From contig CM022670.1 of NCBI GenBank assembly GCA_012295275.1, positions 39,866,001 through 39,930,000 of the forward strand: 64,000 bases of DNA, written 5' to 3'. The stretch is from Chrysomallon squamiferum (taxonomy: Eukaryota > Animalia > Mollusca). The notes below the pieces were generated by a model. It did no database searches. It was given only the letters and a program-made list of their open reading frames with translations, and was not told the origin of the DNA. The translations under genes and the position numbers were made by a program. Of this stretch, positions 23,341 to 61,100 are shown in pieces (position 1 is the stretch's first letter; every line of letters begins with the position of its first letter).

Positions 23341-24516
23341 TACACGTGACACTGTGCTGCCTCTGTTCCTTTCAGTACAGGGTCAGACACCCCAAAACTA
23401 GTCACTGCTTTCAGACACTGCTGCTGCACAAGAATGATTTGACATTTGACAATGAGAAAGTGCCTTCGAAAAATACACTAAGTTTACAGGACATATGTGG
23501 TGACTTGATTGATAGGCACAGTGATGTAATCTCAAGACTGAAACGTTCTTTGTGGCATCTTATCCTAATGCTTTAACTGAATTTTGCCCCAAAGTTTTAG
23601 CTATTCTTAACTACTATTATGTGCAATATATATGTTATGAAATAAGGATCACGGCATAATTAAGATTTGAAAACGTCACTCACCTACTGTGACATATCCT
23701 GTCGGTATATACAGAAATCAAAATGCAGCATTGATTCGTATTGGAATGAGTATTGTATTTGGACCACAGTCACCCTTGTTTTTAAAGCCATCCACAAAAA
23801 AAAACAAATCATTTGCATTGAGGCAAGTTTATGTATGTGATTATTACATGGTAAAATAGTCAAAACTTTGTATCTTGTAAATAAAACTAAAGATTATATT
23901 GTATATTAAAAGTGTGATATTAGAACGATCTATGGCTCAAGTTTGTTTGCATTAATTCTGAAATTTAATGGATTGAATACCTAACGAACTCGGTAAAGCT
24001 TGTAAAATATCTGCTCTTTTTTTTCTCTCTCTCTCTATTCCATTTTTTATTTTTATGGTCTTAGCATCCTGTGATTTCTTTTTTACTAATTAAGACAGTT
24101 ACCCTAAATCCATTATGTACTGTATCAGGTTTTTTTTTTCACTTGGTTATTCTACAATATTTGAAAGTCAGCTGCAGCAACATAAATTTTCCTTTCTTTT
24201 AAATCAGTTCAGCAACACATTTACCCTCAGTCAGTCAAATTTTTACTTATGTTAATTGTATGATGGTTTTAGCAATGATTTCTCTTTTTTAGAACCACAC
24301 ATCCCATTGAAGAGGCAGTTTGTTTTTACGGAACATGTAGGATGTTTGACACAAAACATTGAAATTGTAAATACAAAACAAAACAATTAGTATCCAGTTT
24401 TTGTCACATTTATCCCTGTTTACACAAGGTGAAAATCATCAAGCATATTGTTTGAACTTACTACATATTTTGACATGAAAAGTGAGAGCATTATTGCATT
24501 ATTGGCTGTAGGTTCC

Positions 24517-24903
24517 GAATATCCATCAAATAAGTGTTTGAATCATTGTGTATGTCAGTTCTGTGAGGGTTGCTGGTGAACACATGTAGTCAGTGCTGCC
24601 TTTATGTTTTTATCCAAGCTTTTTTTAATGGTTATGTTGTATGTTCAAGTGCTATCAACATTTTATTCAGAAACATCAGATTTAGACAACTACTGTTATT
24701 ATTTTGTTTGACCATGAAATTATTCAGATTTTATTTCTTTCTCGATAGTTCATGATTGATTTTGAATTTTTTTTTTTTTTTTCTCTCTTGCCTATGGTCT
24801 GTATTCATATCTTTAAAACCTCTTTAAATAGTACATATTAAGTTCAAAATATTAAACTAATAGTTTTTTGTTGTCTTTGTTGAATATATTCATTTCTGAT
24901 ATT
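24517..24903 (+). repeat. Dispersed ~390-bp duplicate, copy 1 (putative NRBP 3' UTR)
   Basis: Aligns by eye to 29287-29693. The ORF track shows near-identical translations at 24570 and 29340. Confidence 0.9.
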
Positions 24904-27221
24904 AATGTTTAGATGAGGGAATTATTAATGGATTTGGACATTCATATTAAAAACTAATATCTAATACTTTGTTAAAAAACAAATTATATAGCTCTTATAA
25001 AGAACTAAATGTAAATAAATGTTTCAAAGGGCAAAAAAATATAATAATAATAATAAAAATAATAATAGTAAATAAATAAATAAATAAATAAATACAAACT
25101 TTTGTATGCACATTTAAATATACTTATTGGTTTTGGGGTAAATAATAAAAAATTAACTGACTAGACTATATTATTCTGTACCATATCACTTTAATTATGG
25201 TTTATTAACATTCATTGATCTAAAATAAAATATTACCCTAATATTCATTTAAAGACAGATTTTATTTTAATATGACTATAAGTATTAATGCAAATATTTC
25301 TTATGATTTTATCAAAATAAATATTCTGTTATATAAAATAAAAGTATAGAAGCAAACATAGTTTGTTTGTTGTCGTTTATGTCAACAGATTAAAAATAAT
25401 GTACAAATATAGATTCTTAAATTTGGAAGTTAGTTTTCAGATCTGTATATGTTGGTCACAGAAATGTGTAGTGTAAACCAAGTTGTCATTTTTATATCCA
25501 TTATTACATGAATTGTGTTTTCATTTAGATTTCATATTTGTATAGTTCATTGACAAATTTGGTTTTTCTGCCATTTTAGAAACCTGTTTTCAAACCATAC
25601 CAAAACTTAACATTCTAACTGAAATTATATTCATTACTAGTTTTATACTAGTAAATATTTCATGCAATTATTATTATTATTATTAACCAGCTTACATTAT
25701 TTTAGAATATTTTATATGATTATAAACTTAAGTTAGGTTGGGTGGGTTTTTTCCCATTTTGTGAAAATTTTAATTTGTAAAATGAAGTATTATCAGTCCC
25801 CACTGTTAGTATTAATAACTTTTGTACCAATTTTAAAACAGCATTAATTCTAAAATATATTCTGATAATTTTGAGATTTTCAAAGATGCCGGGTATATAT
25901 TTAATATTAAATATTCTCAAAAATAAATATTAAGATAAATTTCAGTTTGGCTGAAATTAGAAATTTTAAATTTACAAGCAGCCAGTTTCTCTTTTAATTG
26001 TTTTTATTAATACAAGACCAAAAATCCTGTAAAAAGTATTTAATTTTTATCTTTTATTTATGATGTATCATTCCTGTTTATAACATTTTGCTGTGACCAA
26101 ATTGTGATATCAATAAAAGTATTTTTATGTTGCTTAAGAATGAATCTCCTTTGTTTTATTAATTTAGTTTGTTATGTCTGTCTATAAATATTTATATACA
26201 TGTAGACACACACAAACATGTTTAGAGAAGAAAGAGTTTATAAAAGGAAAAGTGAAATAATTCAGTATTTCTTTCTGTTAAATTTTAATTCATTAATATA
26301 TTTTGTTCATCTAGGAAATACAAAAATCTAATTATAAAATGTGTGTGTGTGTGTGTGTGTTTGGATCAAATTAATTTGCATATTACACCTGTTTTCATTG
26401 TAAGTGAATATGGAATAAAGAAATGTGAGGAAAATCTTCAGGGTATTTCTTCAAAAGAATAGGAAATTAAAAAATAAAGATAAATTGAGTTTTGCAGATA
26501 AAGCTGAAAAACCTTGTGATGAAAGAAGATAGAAGACCAACCTAATGTACAACTTGATTTTCTACATATATCTTCAATAATAATAATAATAATAATGATG
26601 ATGATGATGATGATGATGACTATAGTGATCTCATATTTCTGAATATTTGAATAACATTTTTTTTTTAAACTGATTTTTAAACTACATCAGGAATGTAATT
26701 CCAAAACTATCAGAGACTTCAGATCAGTTAACAAGAATATTGTTTTGTCTGTTGATGAACCAGAATAAATTACAAATAAAGCTGAATAGTGTGTCTTGTA
26801 GAATTTTCTTCATAGTACAAACAAATTATTATGTGTTGTAGATCATAAGAAAAAAGTTAATAAGTAAATAAATAAATATAAAATTTAAAAAAACAAATCA
26901 TATTTGTCACATACTGGAAGGTTAGTCTTCATCCAGTTTGCAAAGACAAACATTCTTGTTGTCTTGTAGAACACACTTAAACATTCTTAAAAAAACACTG
27001 GATCTAATATTTTACTAATCAGTTTATTAGGATTATTAATTAGCTATATTTAAATACAAAATAAAAATAAATAAGAAAATTTAATGACAGATTTTGTAAT
27101 CAGTAAATGCATACTACAGTATCATTTATAATACTAATGTAAATTTTGTGTAAGTATTCTTGTCACTTTTTATGGTGCTCCAGAAATTACGGCGGAGACA
27201 TTTTAAATTGACCAACCAACC

Positions 27222-50730
<23,509 letters not shown>

Positions 50731-52684
50731 CTTCTGTGATATTTAGACGAAACAAAAGTAAATGTGTTTTTTTTAGACAATCTGACCAGTCAAATCCACA
50801 ATAACCTGATACTATTTCTGTGTCATTTATTACTAAATTTAAATTAAAAAAAAAAAAATGTTGTAGTTGTTTTAATACATGTTCTTGTGCATATATGTTT
50901 TGTGTCAACATGCGTATGTTTGTATGGGCATACACCTGTTTGTACAGGAGTGTGTCTGTGTGTGTGTGTGTGTGTGTGTATTTGTGTGTGTGTGAAATTG
51001 TGTGAAAGTGTGTGCATTCAAATGAAACATTTGTTTCTGATACCTAAGAACAAAATAACCAAGATTTTTTTTTTATTATTATTATTTAATATATTTGATG
51101 TCTTATTAATAATGTAATAAATTTATTAGTTTGTAAGTATAAGATAGATGGTAGTGTGGACCCAGATTTTAATAGAGGTTTGTAATTTATAATTATATTT
51201 TATTTTAAAAGATCTAAAATTCATTGTGTGAGTAATAAGCGAAGCAGGAGTATGGGAAAACATTTAAATAAAAACAGTATATTCTACAGCAATACTGTAA
51301 TAGATTTGACATTGTAAATTTAAAATATATTTGATTATAATAATTTGTGTATCAGTTCAGTGGAAATCATGTCATCTTTATCATCCTATCAAACATGCAG
51401 TTCTGTTTGTACAATTTAAAATTTTGAAAAATAAAATAAAATAATAGATGTTTTGTGCTAACCATTGACCAAAGACAGAATGATCTACAAAATGATGATG
51501 AACAATTTACATGTAGTTAGATTCTAGAATAACAACAAATACCTCTGTGTAAATGATCCCAGCACATTGAATCAAGGATTAAGTCTTTTTTTGGTAGTAC
51601 TGAGTAGTACACAAATATTCACACAATTTTATGTCATAAGTTTTATTTTTCATACCAGTCTCATCTTCGTGGACTTTCAACGATTGCAAAGACACGTTAA
51701 TTTGAATATCATTTGCCACGGAAAGTTTTGGCACATTTGACTAACACTGTCAGGCAAAGTCATTCAAAATCATCTTTAACATGATAAATTCACAAGCATT
51801 GTTTTTTTGTTGTTTTTTTGTTGCTTTTCCACTGGAAGTCATGAGTTAAAGTATTTATGTAATCTTTTTTGTAAAAATCTAAAAATTGTGCATAATTATG
51901 ACTGTGTGACATTTTTGTTGTGCTCTAGCTTGAAAGTTTACAATTTAAACCTGATTTGTTGAGTTGGGTTACATGTATTTACACCCTTAACACTTGTGTT
52001 CATTTGAATTAACAAAGAACTAGATAATTTAATAGTCGAACTTGTCATTCCAAAAGCTCAGTGATTTTTTTTATTTACTGCCAAGTCACTTACTAACCTT
52101 TATTTTATTTTTCTCTAATTACTTTTTGTTGTCGTTAGTTTTTATGTTTCAGTTTTATCATTTATTTTTAAAGCAAGCACCAGCATTTGATGCAAAAGTC
52201 AATGGATTGCATTTTTGTAAATGAAATTTATTTTTAAGTTTTTCTTTGAAGCAAAGATAATTTTATTATATTGTGAATATATTTGATATGGAAATTCAAA
52301 ATGAATTTCCTAGAAAAATTTTAGCATTTTATTCTCATCAGTCATTATACAGCCAACTGTCACGTTAGAGATTTGAAAAAAAAAAAAAAAAAAAAACAAA
52401 CGTAATTTTTCTTCTTTTAAATTAATGCTATAATCATTTTGTAATGTTTAAGTTGAGAAAATAAGATGTTTTAAAGTTATTATTTTTGGCAGTCTTTTGT
52501 AGCTCATAACAAAGTTAAATGAATTAAAAAAAATAAAAAAAAAAAAATTTTATAATATCACAAAGGGAAACCATTTTATTATTTAAGGCTCAAATTTTGA
52601 AAAAAAAATAAAAAAATAATAAAAATGGCCCATATTTTTAAACTGTTATTTGTATTAATTAATTTTTTAATTAATAAAATTTTG

Positions 52685-52715
<31 letters not shown>

Positions 52716-55700
52716 AATAAATAAAAAAATAAAAATAATAAAACTTGGAAGTATGCTGAATATACTTAGACTTTCTTCATACCACCAAAAGTACACAGTA
52801 GCACAAAATTTTTTAAAAAGAAAGAAAAATGTATTATTTATTATTATTAAGCATCTTTATAAATCCATAAATAAACCAGATAGTAAGGAAAAAAATTACT
52901 TTTCCAAGAATGTATGTATTTTATTAATAAAAAATTATTGTACAATAACTTTAATCATTTCCAGTAATCTTTTCTTTTTAACAGAAAAAAAAAAACATTT
53001 ATTGATTTCTTTTCAGATGATTATATAAATTTTCCTGATTAGAAGTTTCAGAATATTTTCAATATGTTTTTAATTAGAGATATTTCTCTTTTTTTATTTT
53101 TAATTTTAATGTTTTGTTTTTTTTTTTTATATTTTTTTTTAAAACATTTGCATTAAATGCATCGTATTTTAACGAGGAGTTTGAGGGTGTTTTGTTATTT
53201 AATTGCATTGTTGTTTTGTTTATTAGTTCATTGTGTTGGCCAGTCTTGCATTGCTCATTACCCAGTCAGATATATTAATAATATATATATACAAATCAGT
53301 TGTTCAGATATTGTTACACAATCAATAAAAACCCAATGATATGTGCAATATGAATATATATTTAATACCTCCATTTTGTAAAAATCTATTTAACTTAAGT
53401 GACTGCTACTTATCTTATTGTACACAAATAAATATTTAAAATGAAATATTTCAGTTGTATGGGATTTAAAAAAAAAATTAATGATGTTATTGCCATAACA
53501 AGAAAATTTAGAATTATTGTTATTATTATGTAAGAAAATGATTTTTAAATTTTTTTTTTTTCATTCAGCTTTTAATTATCATGAAAATAACATATTATGA
53601 ATGTTGTAGAAATGCCCATAATTACATACCTGATTCCAAGCATGTCTTCAGTTCTTTAAACCTCTAAATTAAATAATAATAAAATTTTGGGCTCTTAAAA
53701 TTAACTTTTATTCCATCAAACATCAGACTGTTGTTATTTTAATGGAAATTCACATACAGAGCTGTGAAAATAACTCATCTTGTGAATGCTGTATTTAATG
53801 TTTTTTTTGTTTTTTTCATTTGTTCACTGTTGTTTCACTGTTGTTTATTTACTGTGTACATATAGTGTGTATTTATTTGTTTCTTCTTGTATCAGAGCAT
53901 TGTATCAAAGTGCACCATAGCAGAGCCTTTACACTCCTAAACATTGTATTATATAATGGTCAGTTTTCTCTTTTGTAAAAAATAAAGCAAAAAAAAAAAA
54001 GGTTAAAATAATAATAATAATAATAATTTAAAAAAAAAAAATTAAAATTATATAGAGATTTAACTAAATATTATACACAATTACAGGGCTCTCTCTCTCT
54101 CTCTCTCCCTCCCTCCCTCCCTCCCTCTCCCTCACACACACACAATAATAATAGTAATCTGAATTTCAAGAATTTCACAGAATGGATTATTGACCTATAT
54201 AGTTACATACGTATAATTTGTTTTAGAATGCAGTTTTTATTTATTTACAGACATTTTTATGTAATAAACTCTTCTTCTTTATCACATATTAGCAGCTTTT
54301 TTTATCTGATATTAAGTCAAAACTGCAATATCTATATATAGATATATATATTTTATCACTTGATTATTGACATTTTTATTTTACATGAATTATAATGCAA
54401 CACTTTATTATATCACTTAATGTCTTTTAATTTTATAGTGTTTATTTATTTATTATTATTATTATTACTATAACTATTTTCATTACTATTATTATTAATT
54501 TAATTATTTATTTACATATTTTTTTTAATTTAATTATTTTTTTTTACCTTGTATTTAGTTGTTTATTCTTATTAACAAAACAGTTTAAATAAAACTAAGT
54601 TATTCAATATGACTTCTGCTATTTTTGTTACTTTTATTGTTCTGCTGCTGCTGCTGCTGCTACAACAACTACTGCTGCTATTGTTAGTGTACAGCTACTA
54701 CTGCTGCTGTTTTTCTCTTGTTACTGCTGCAAACATTACTCTGGATGTAGTCCATAGCAACCATTAGTGCCATAACAACCACTGATGTTATTTGTTTGTT
54801 CATATAACTGTTAAAATCGCAAAACCATTTTTTTTTTTTTTTTTTTTTTTTTGAAATAGCTGCAACAACAAAAATTAATCTTAAGTTTGTTTTTTTTTTC
54901 ATGAAAAAAACAATCTGAAGAAATATTTGATTTGTTATTAATTTTTTCTTTTACATTGTTATGAAAGTAACTACGTCTCAGAAATTACTTTAATTAACAA
55001 ATTCAGAAATAATGAAATTTAAATTCACAAAACGTACAGTGATAGATGATAATCTTGCTTACATTTATTACAGTGATTGATAATGTTGCTTCTTATATTT
55101 ATTAAAATTATTACACTCCATTTGAATTGCATTTAACTTATTTCTGTTTGAGTCAGAATGAAAATTGTTAGTTCTAGAAATATTTATTACATAAAACTTT
55201 GTTAATTTTGTTACTTTTCTTTATAGTTAAAATAGTATCTGGATTTTGTATGTGTTGTATTTAAAAAAAAAAAAAATGCAATTCATTAATAAAACTTTTA
55301 CATCACAGTTCTTATTTTGCTTTTTCATAATCGTTATTAATGTGGATGTTTTAAAAACTAATTGGATGCCAAATAATTTATGTAACAAATAAACAGCTTA
55401 CTAAAACTGTTATTAACATATTTTAAAACTAAAAAAAAAAATAAAACAATAATTCGTATTTAATAAATAACAGACATTTACAGAAACACTGTTTTAATAA
55501 AAAAAAATAAAACATAATAAAATAAATAAATGTTCTGTTGACCATCCATTTCACAAACCTCAGTTTTAAGGATTTCATAAAATGCAGAACAAATGTGAAA
55601 AAAAATCACAAAATTTTAACCATTCTCCCAACCTAGCCTACATTTTTCTTCATTTATACTGCAAAACATGTGTTTACATCGTTTTTATGTTTGTATTTTG

Positions 55701-56386
55701 TTCTTACATTATTATTTTACTGTGTTATAATGTACTAAAGATTAAATGTTTAAAGTTTACATTTGTAACTTCACATACATTTTTGGGACTAGTGCTTCCC
55801 TCCCTAGTTAGTCATTGAAATCAAGGGTCAACAGTTAAATGAAAATTTGTTAATTAAAACAAAGAGATAAGAAAAGAAAATAATTTAAATATTATTTGGA
55901 ATTTTTCTTGTTCCGTCCATCCCATTCATCATTTATTTTACTGTTTCTGAGAAGGTAAATGATCCCTTGCTTCTGAATCAAAAAGAGTAACCCTTGGATA
56001 GGCTGCAGTGAATTTCACAACTCATTATTGTAAAAAAAAAATAATAATAATAAAAATAATAATAATAACAACAACAACAATAAAATATATATAAAATTAA
56101 AATCAATATATATATACATATACACACACATATATTTTCTTCTTTTTGTTGTGTAATGGTATTAAAATGTGTTGTAACAGTGTAAAATATTGGTTCATTC
56201 ATGTATTTTCATTGTAGACAAGAGAACAGAGATGGAATATTAAATATCCAGTTATAGATTTGTTTCTGAATAGACTAATTTATTTTAAAATTATTATTTA
56301 AAAAAATACTTTGTTCAGCATAGAAAAGGTTGACTTAGCACACACACCCAAACACACAACACACACACACACACAAACACACACAC

Positions 56387-56432
<46 letters not shown>

Positions 56433-57210
56433 AACACACACACTCAGAGTATTATTTTAAATGAAATCTTGCATTTTTATGCTGATTTATTTATAAATAT
56501 ATTTCAGTTAAGAAAAAACAAAATTTTTTTTTTTAATCCCATTAACATAAAAGTGTCTTGAAGAATTTCATTTTCTATTATTATAGTTTTGTTATATTTA
56601 TATGTTGCATACACTCATAATGTTTTATAATACAAATTTATCAAACTGAAGAATGAATATTTTTATCTGTTTGACTAGACCAACTAACAAAAAACAAACA
56701 ACAGTTCTAGATTTTATTTTTTAATTATATTAATTAAACCCACTTTATTAATAGTAACAAATATCTAACAATAAAAAAAAAGAGACAAAAACATACATAA
56801 TAAATATTAATTACGGTGAGTATTAATAATTTAACATGAAATGACTGAATATTCCATCATGAATGAAAACCCCATTCACATTTATATTTTCTGTTAATAT
56901 CTTATCAAATCATGATAAATCATCTGATTTGGGGGTTTTTCACATTAAAATTGTATTATACATGTAGACCTATAAAAATAAATAAACCCTTGTATGAATA
57001 TATACAACTATTTATGACAAGCAAGAACATCCCTTAAGTTATAGTTAGATTTCCCACAAAACAACATTACTGATGAGACCCTCGATTTTTCATATAAAAC
57101 AAAATGTAAATACTAATTTCCCTAAAACAAACCAATTTTCCCATGCTAATATATTTTTCTATATATGTATATTTTGCATCTGTGTACTGTGTTAATATGT
57201 GAAAAATGTT

Positions 57211-57322
<112 letters not shown>

Positions 57323-57879
57323 TGCACACATATTTACAGACAAGCACATTTCAAACAGCATTTACTTTCCTGCATAAACAAATACTAACAATAACCACTA
57401 ACAATCATGAAATAAATAATTCATCAATAAAGAAATTTATGATGGATTTCAAAATATGATCACTGGAAATGAACATTACAGTTTTATTTGTTCACTTAAA
57501 GCTGTTTTTCTTTTCAATTAAAAACAAATTTACTTTTAAATTTCAATACAAAAATTTTATAATATTATAATTATTAGATTATGCTCATGTTTCTTAACGA
57601 TGAAAATTTTAACATCCTCATCACAGAATTTCTGTGATTATATAACCTAAGGTTAGTCATGCACTCTGAAATGATGATGTTTGATGATTCTCAAAATGGT
57701 GAATGATTCAACAGTGATAAATGAAATTATTTTGGTGTGTGTGAAACTAGAGGGAGGAAAGTTTGATGAAAATGATTGTAAAAGTTAGGAAATTTAGTTG
57801 AACATGAATGAAATTTTATCATAAAGACTAAAGATGAATGAAATGAAAATGTATTTTTTAAAAAAAAAAATAAAAATAA

Positions 57880-58042
<163 letters not shown>

Positions 58043-58191
58043 TTAAAGAATAGAACAGAAATGGCTTAAGAAACCCTAACATAACATAATGATGATAATC
58101 AACTTTTTAACAGTGAGATTCATTATTGTTCTTTCCAAAGAACACACAGTTCTATTTTGTCAGCTCCACTGATCACTCAGGTTTATTTTAT

Positions 58192-61100
58192 TTAAACTAT
58201 GTTTTCTGGTGATACTATTCTGGATTTGAGATTCAGTCTTATCAAGATGTTTTTCATCTTGTTGTCCCAGTCAACCTTGTTCTTGCTGTACAAGTTGAGA
58301 TATATTCCAAACACAACTATCAGTGCAGACCACAAGTATCTGAAAATAAAGTGTGATTAGAAGAATGGAATATAAAAATAAAAAAACTAAATTTAAAAAA
58401 AGATGGAACAAAACACACAAAAAGAACATTAAAAAAACGTTTACATATCCTTCAATTTAGCAGGATTTTTAAAAATGGACATTATGCATTATATTCCTGA
58501 ATAAATTTTCTCACAACCTCGTTATATTATTATTGTACTTTATAAGCAAATATTAGTGCAAAATTAAAACAGATAAAAAGTATACTTATAAAGCTATAAA
58601 ATGCATTATGTGAATTAATATCCTATTCATATTGTACTTATCACGAGATTAGTGTCAAGTAAACACAAGTAAAATAATCATTTAGGATTATAAAATGAAC
58701 TTAATGTAAATATGTTAAGTAATATCTTAATAATATCATACTCCATCATAAGATCAGTGACAAATAATTACAAATTAAAATATAATTTCAATGAATATCA
58801 AAATGTATATATGATAAACATGTTTGTAAAAATCTCTTACTGTGTATACTTACTGCAATGTAAAAGGCTTTGAGAAAAACATGAATGAAAGAATTATAGT
58901 GACAGCTTTTCTACATGTGGTTACTAGAACAGAAAATAATAATTTTATGCATACATAGTATTTTAATATAATGATATTTCTACATTTGGCCTTAATTAAA
59001 TGTTTGGTATCCAATAGTAAATGATAAAAAATTAATCTATGATGTTATCTTTTTTTCAACAATATTTTTAGCCTAGCACAGTAAAAACTCACCAATTCTG
59101 TTATTTACCACAAATGAGTATAAAATTTTATTAAATTTTTAATAATAATCAAGACAGATCTTTCATATCACAATCCAAAATGAACATAAATTTTTTGTCA
59201 GATATCTTTTAAATCGTAATTGATATTAAAAAAAAAAAAAAAAAAAAAAAATAAATAAAAAAATATTTTATCTTCCAGATTTGATAACAATTTTAAAGCA
59301 CTGGAAAGTGTAAAAACAAACCTGTCACAGCCACTAAAGCACCAAAAGATTTCACCAGGGTTAGAACAATATTAACACCAATGTAACCAGTAATAGAAAA
59401 TATCACAGCATAGCCGTAAGTCTGTGTCACATGCTGAAAACAAACAAACATTAAATTAAAATCCTTTTTATTACTGACTACATACAGAATATCTCTGTAC
59501 AAAAAAACATATCTCTGTATTAAAACTTTGTATTATAAGCTGTTATCACAAATTAAACTGGATTTACAGTAGATATTCCATTCTTCACATTAATGGAAGC
59601 TGAGGCAGATCTATAGTGGGTGTCCTAGCTGTTTGGACTCCCCCTCAAATTTGAAAAGTGCCCCTTTTATTTAGAATTTTTAGGTTTTTAAAAAAAATAT
59701 ATTTTAAAATTTTTTTGTTAATGTATAGAACATTGTTGTGCACTGTTATGTTATGGTTCATGTGAATAGTGTGTAATTTTTTAATAATGCCTTTAAATAA
59801 TAGTATGCCCTTTTTGTCATGAACAAACTCATCAGAAAAGTTGGATCGCCCCAGAAAGTTATTTTTCTATGTTAAACTAATAAAAATAAGACTTACATCC
59901 TTGCAAAACTGAAAAGCTGACACAATATCACCCATCACAGAAAGGCCAACCAAAATATAAAGAAAACCTATACCATAGGAATATAGAACCTGAAAGAAAA
60001 AGAGAAAATTTTTAAATATATAATGGTAGAGAATATTATGTTAAAAACATATCCCCATTTGGTGCCATTATATTGCCAGTTATGTAACAATACAAATCAG
60101 AAACTAACTTGTTTGAGAACCATAGACAAAATGTTTCTTGATAATAAATTTATAATTTAGGAAAACATTTAGACAATTATCTAAAAAAAAAAAAAAAAAG
60201 AAATAAAAAAAAAATAAAAAATAAATGAATCTTATATGAAGATGTACTTTGAAATTATTATTTTACTTGATTTGTCACACCCAACTTTGCCAATAATAAA
60301 GTATGATAATAAAATTGTCTCCCTTTTCATGATGTAATTTTGCATACTAAAATAAAAACAAATCAAGACACATTTAACTCTCCAATGTCTTGCTCACTAC
60401 TGATAAACAAGAAAAACAAGAAACCAAACAAAATACATTTATTCTATCAGACTTCAATGTATCAATGTAAAATGTTTTACTTCAAATTTATACATTACCA
60501 TTTCAGAATTTGTTGCTCCATATTGCTTCAGTGTTTTTTCTTGAACATTTCCAATAGCTCCATCAGCACAAAGAGCCAGTGATATAAGAATAACCCCTAA
60601 ATGATTATATGTGACTCTTTAATTATGTTTGTAAACATCTTAATTACATTTCATTTCAAACGTTTTCACTTTGATAACATTTTAATTATGTTTCATTTTT
60701 AAAAATTTGACTTTGTTAACATTTTAGTAACATTTCATTTCAATGGTTTTGACTTCAATAACTTTTTAATTACACTGCAGTTCTAAAGTTTTGACTACAT
60801 TGTTAAGACTAAGAACTGTATTAGAGAGTAGTCATGCTGGATCAATGACCTTTGATGTATTCACACTTATGTCTCATTCCAACAAGTGCTCTCAATTCAT
60901 GGTTTGTGGTTTGTGCATGTAAAACATGCTTGACAAAAATATAAAGTAAGATGATTTTTTTTCATTCCACTATTTTCACACTAATTCTAATTTTAAAACA
61001 TATTTACAATCTTGTTTGATTTTTTTTTTATAAATCTTAATTAACAATGAAACTGGAAGCTTTGTGAAAGCTGTAGAAATCAGAAAAGTAACAGATTAAA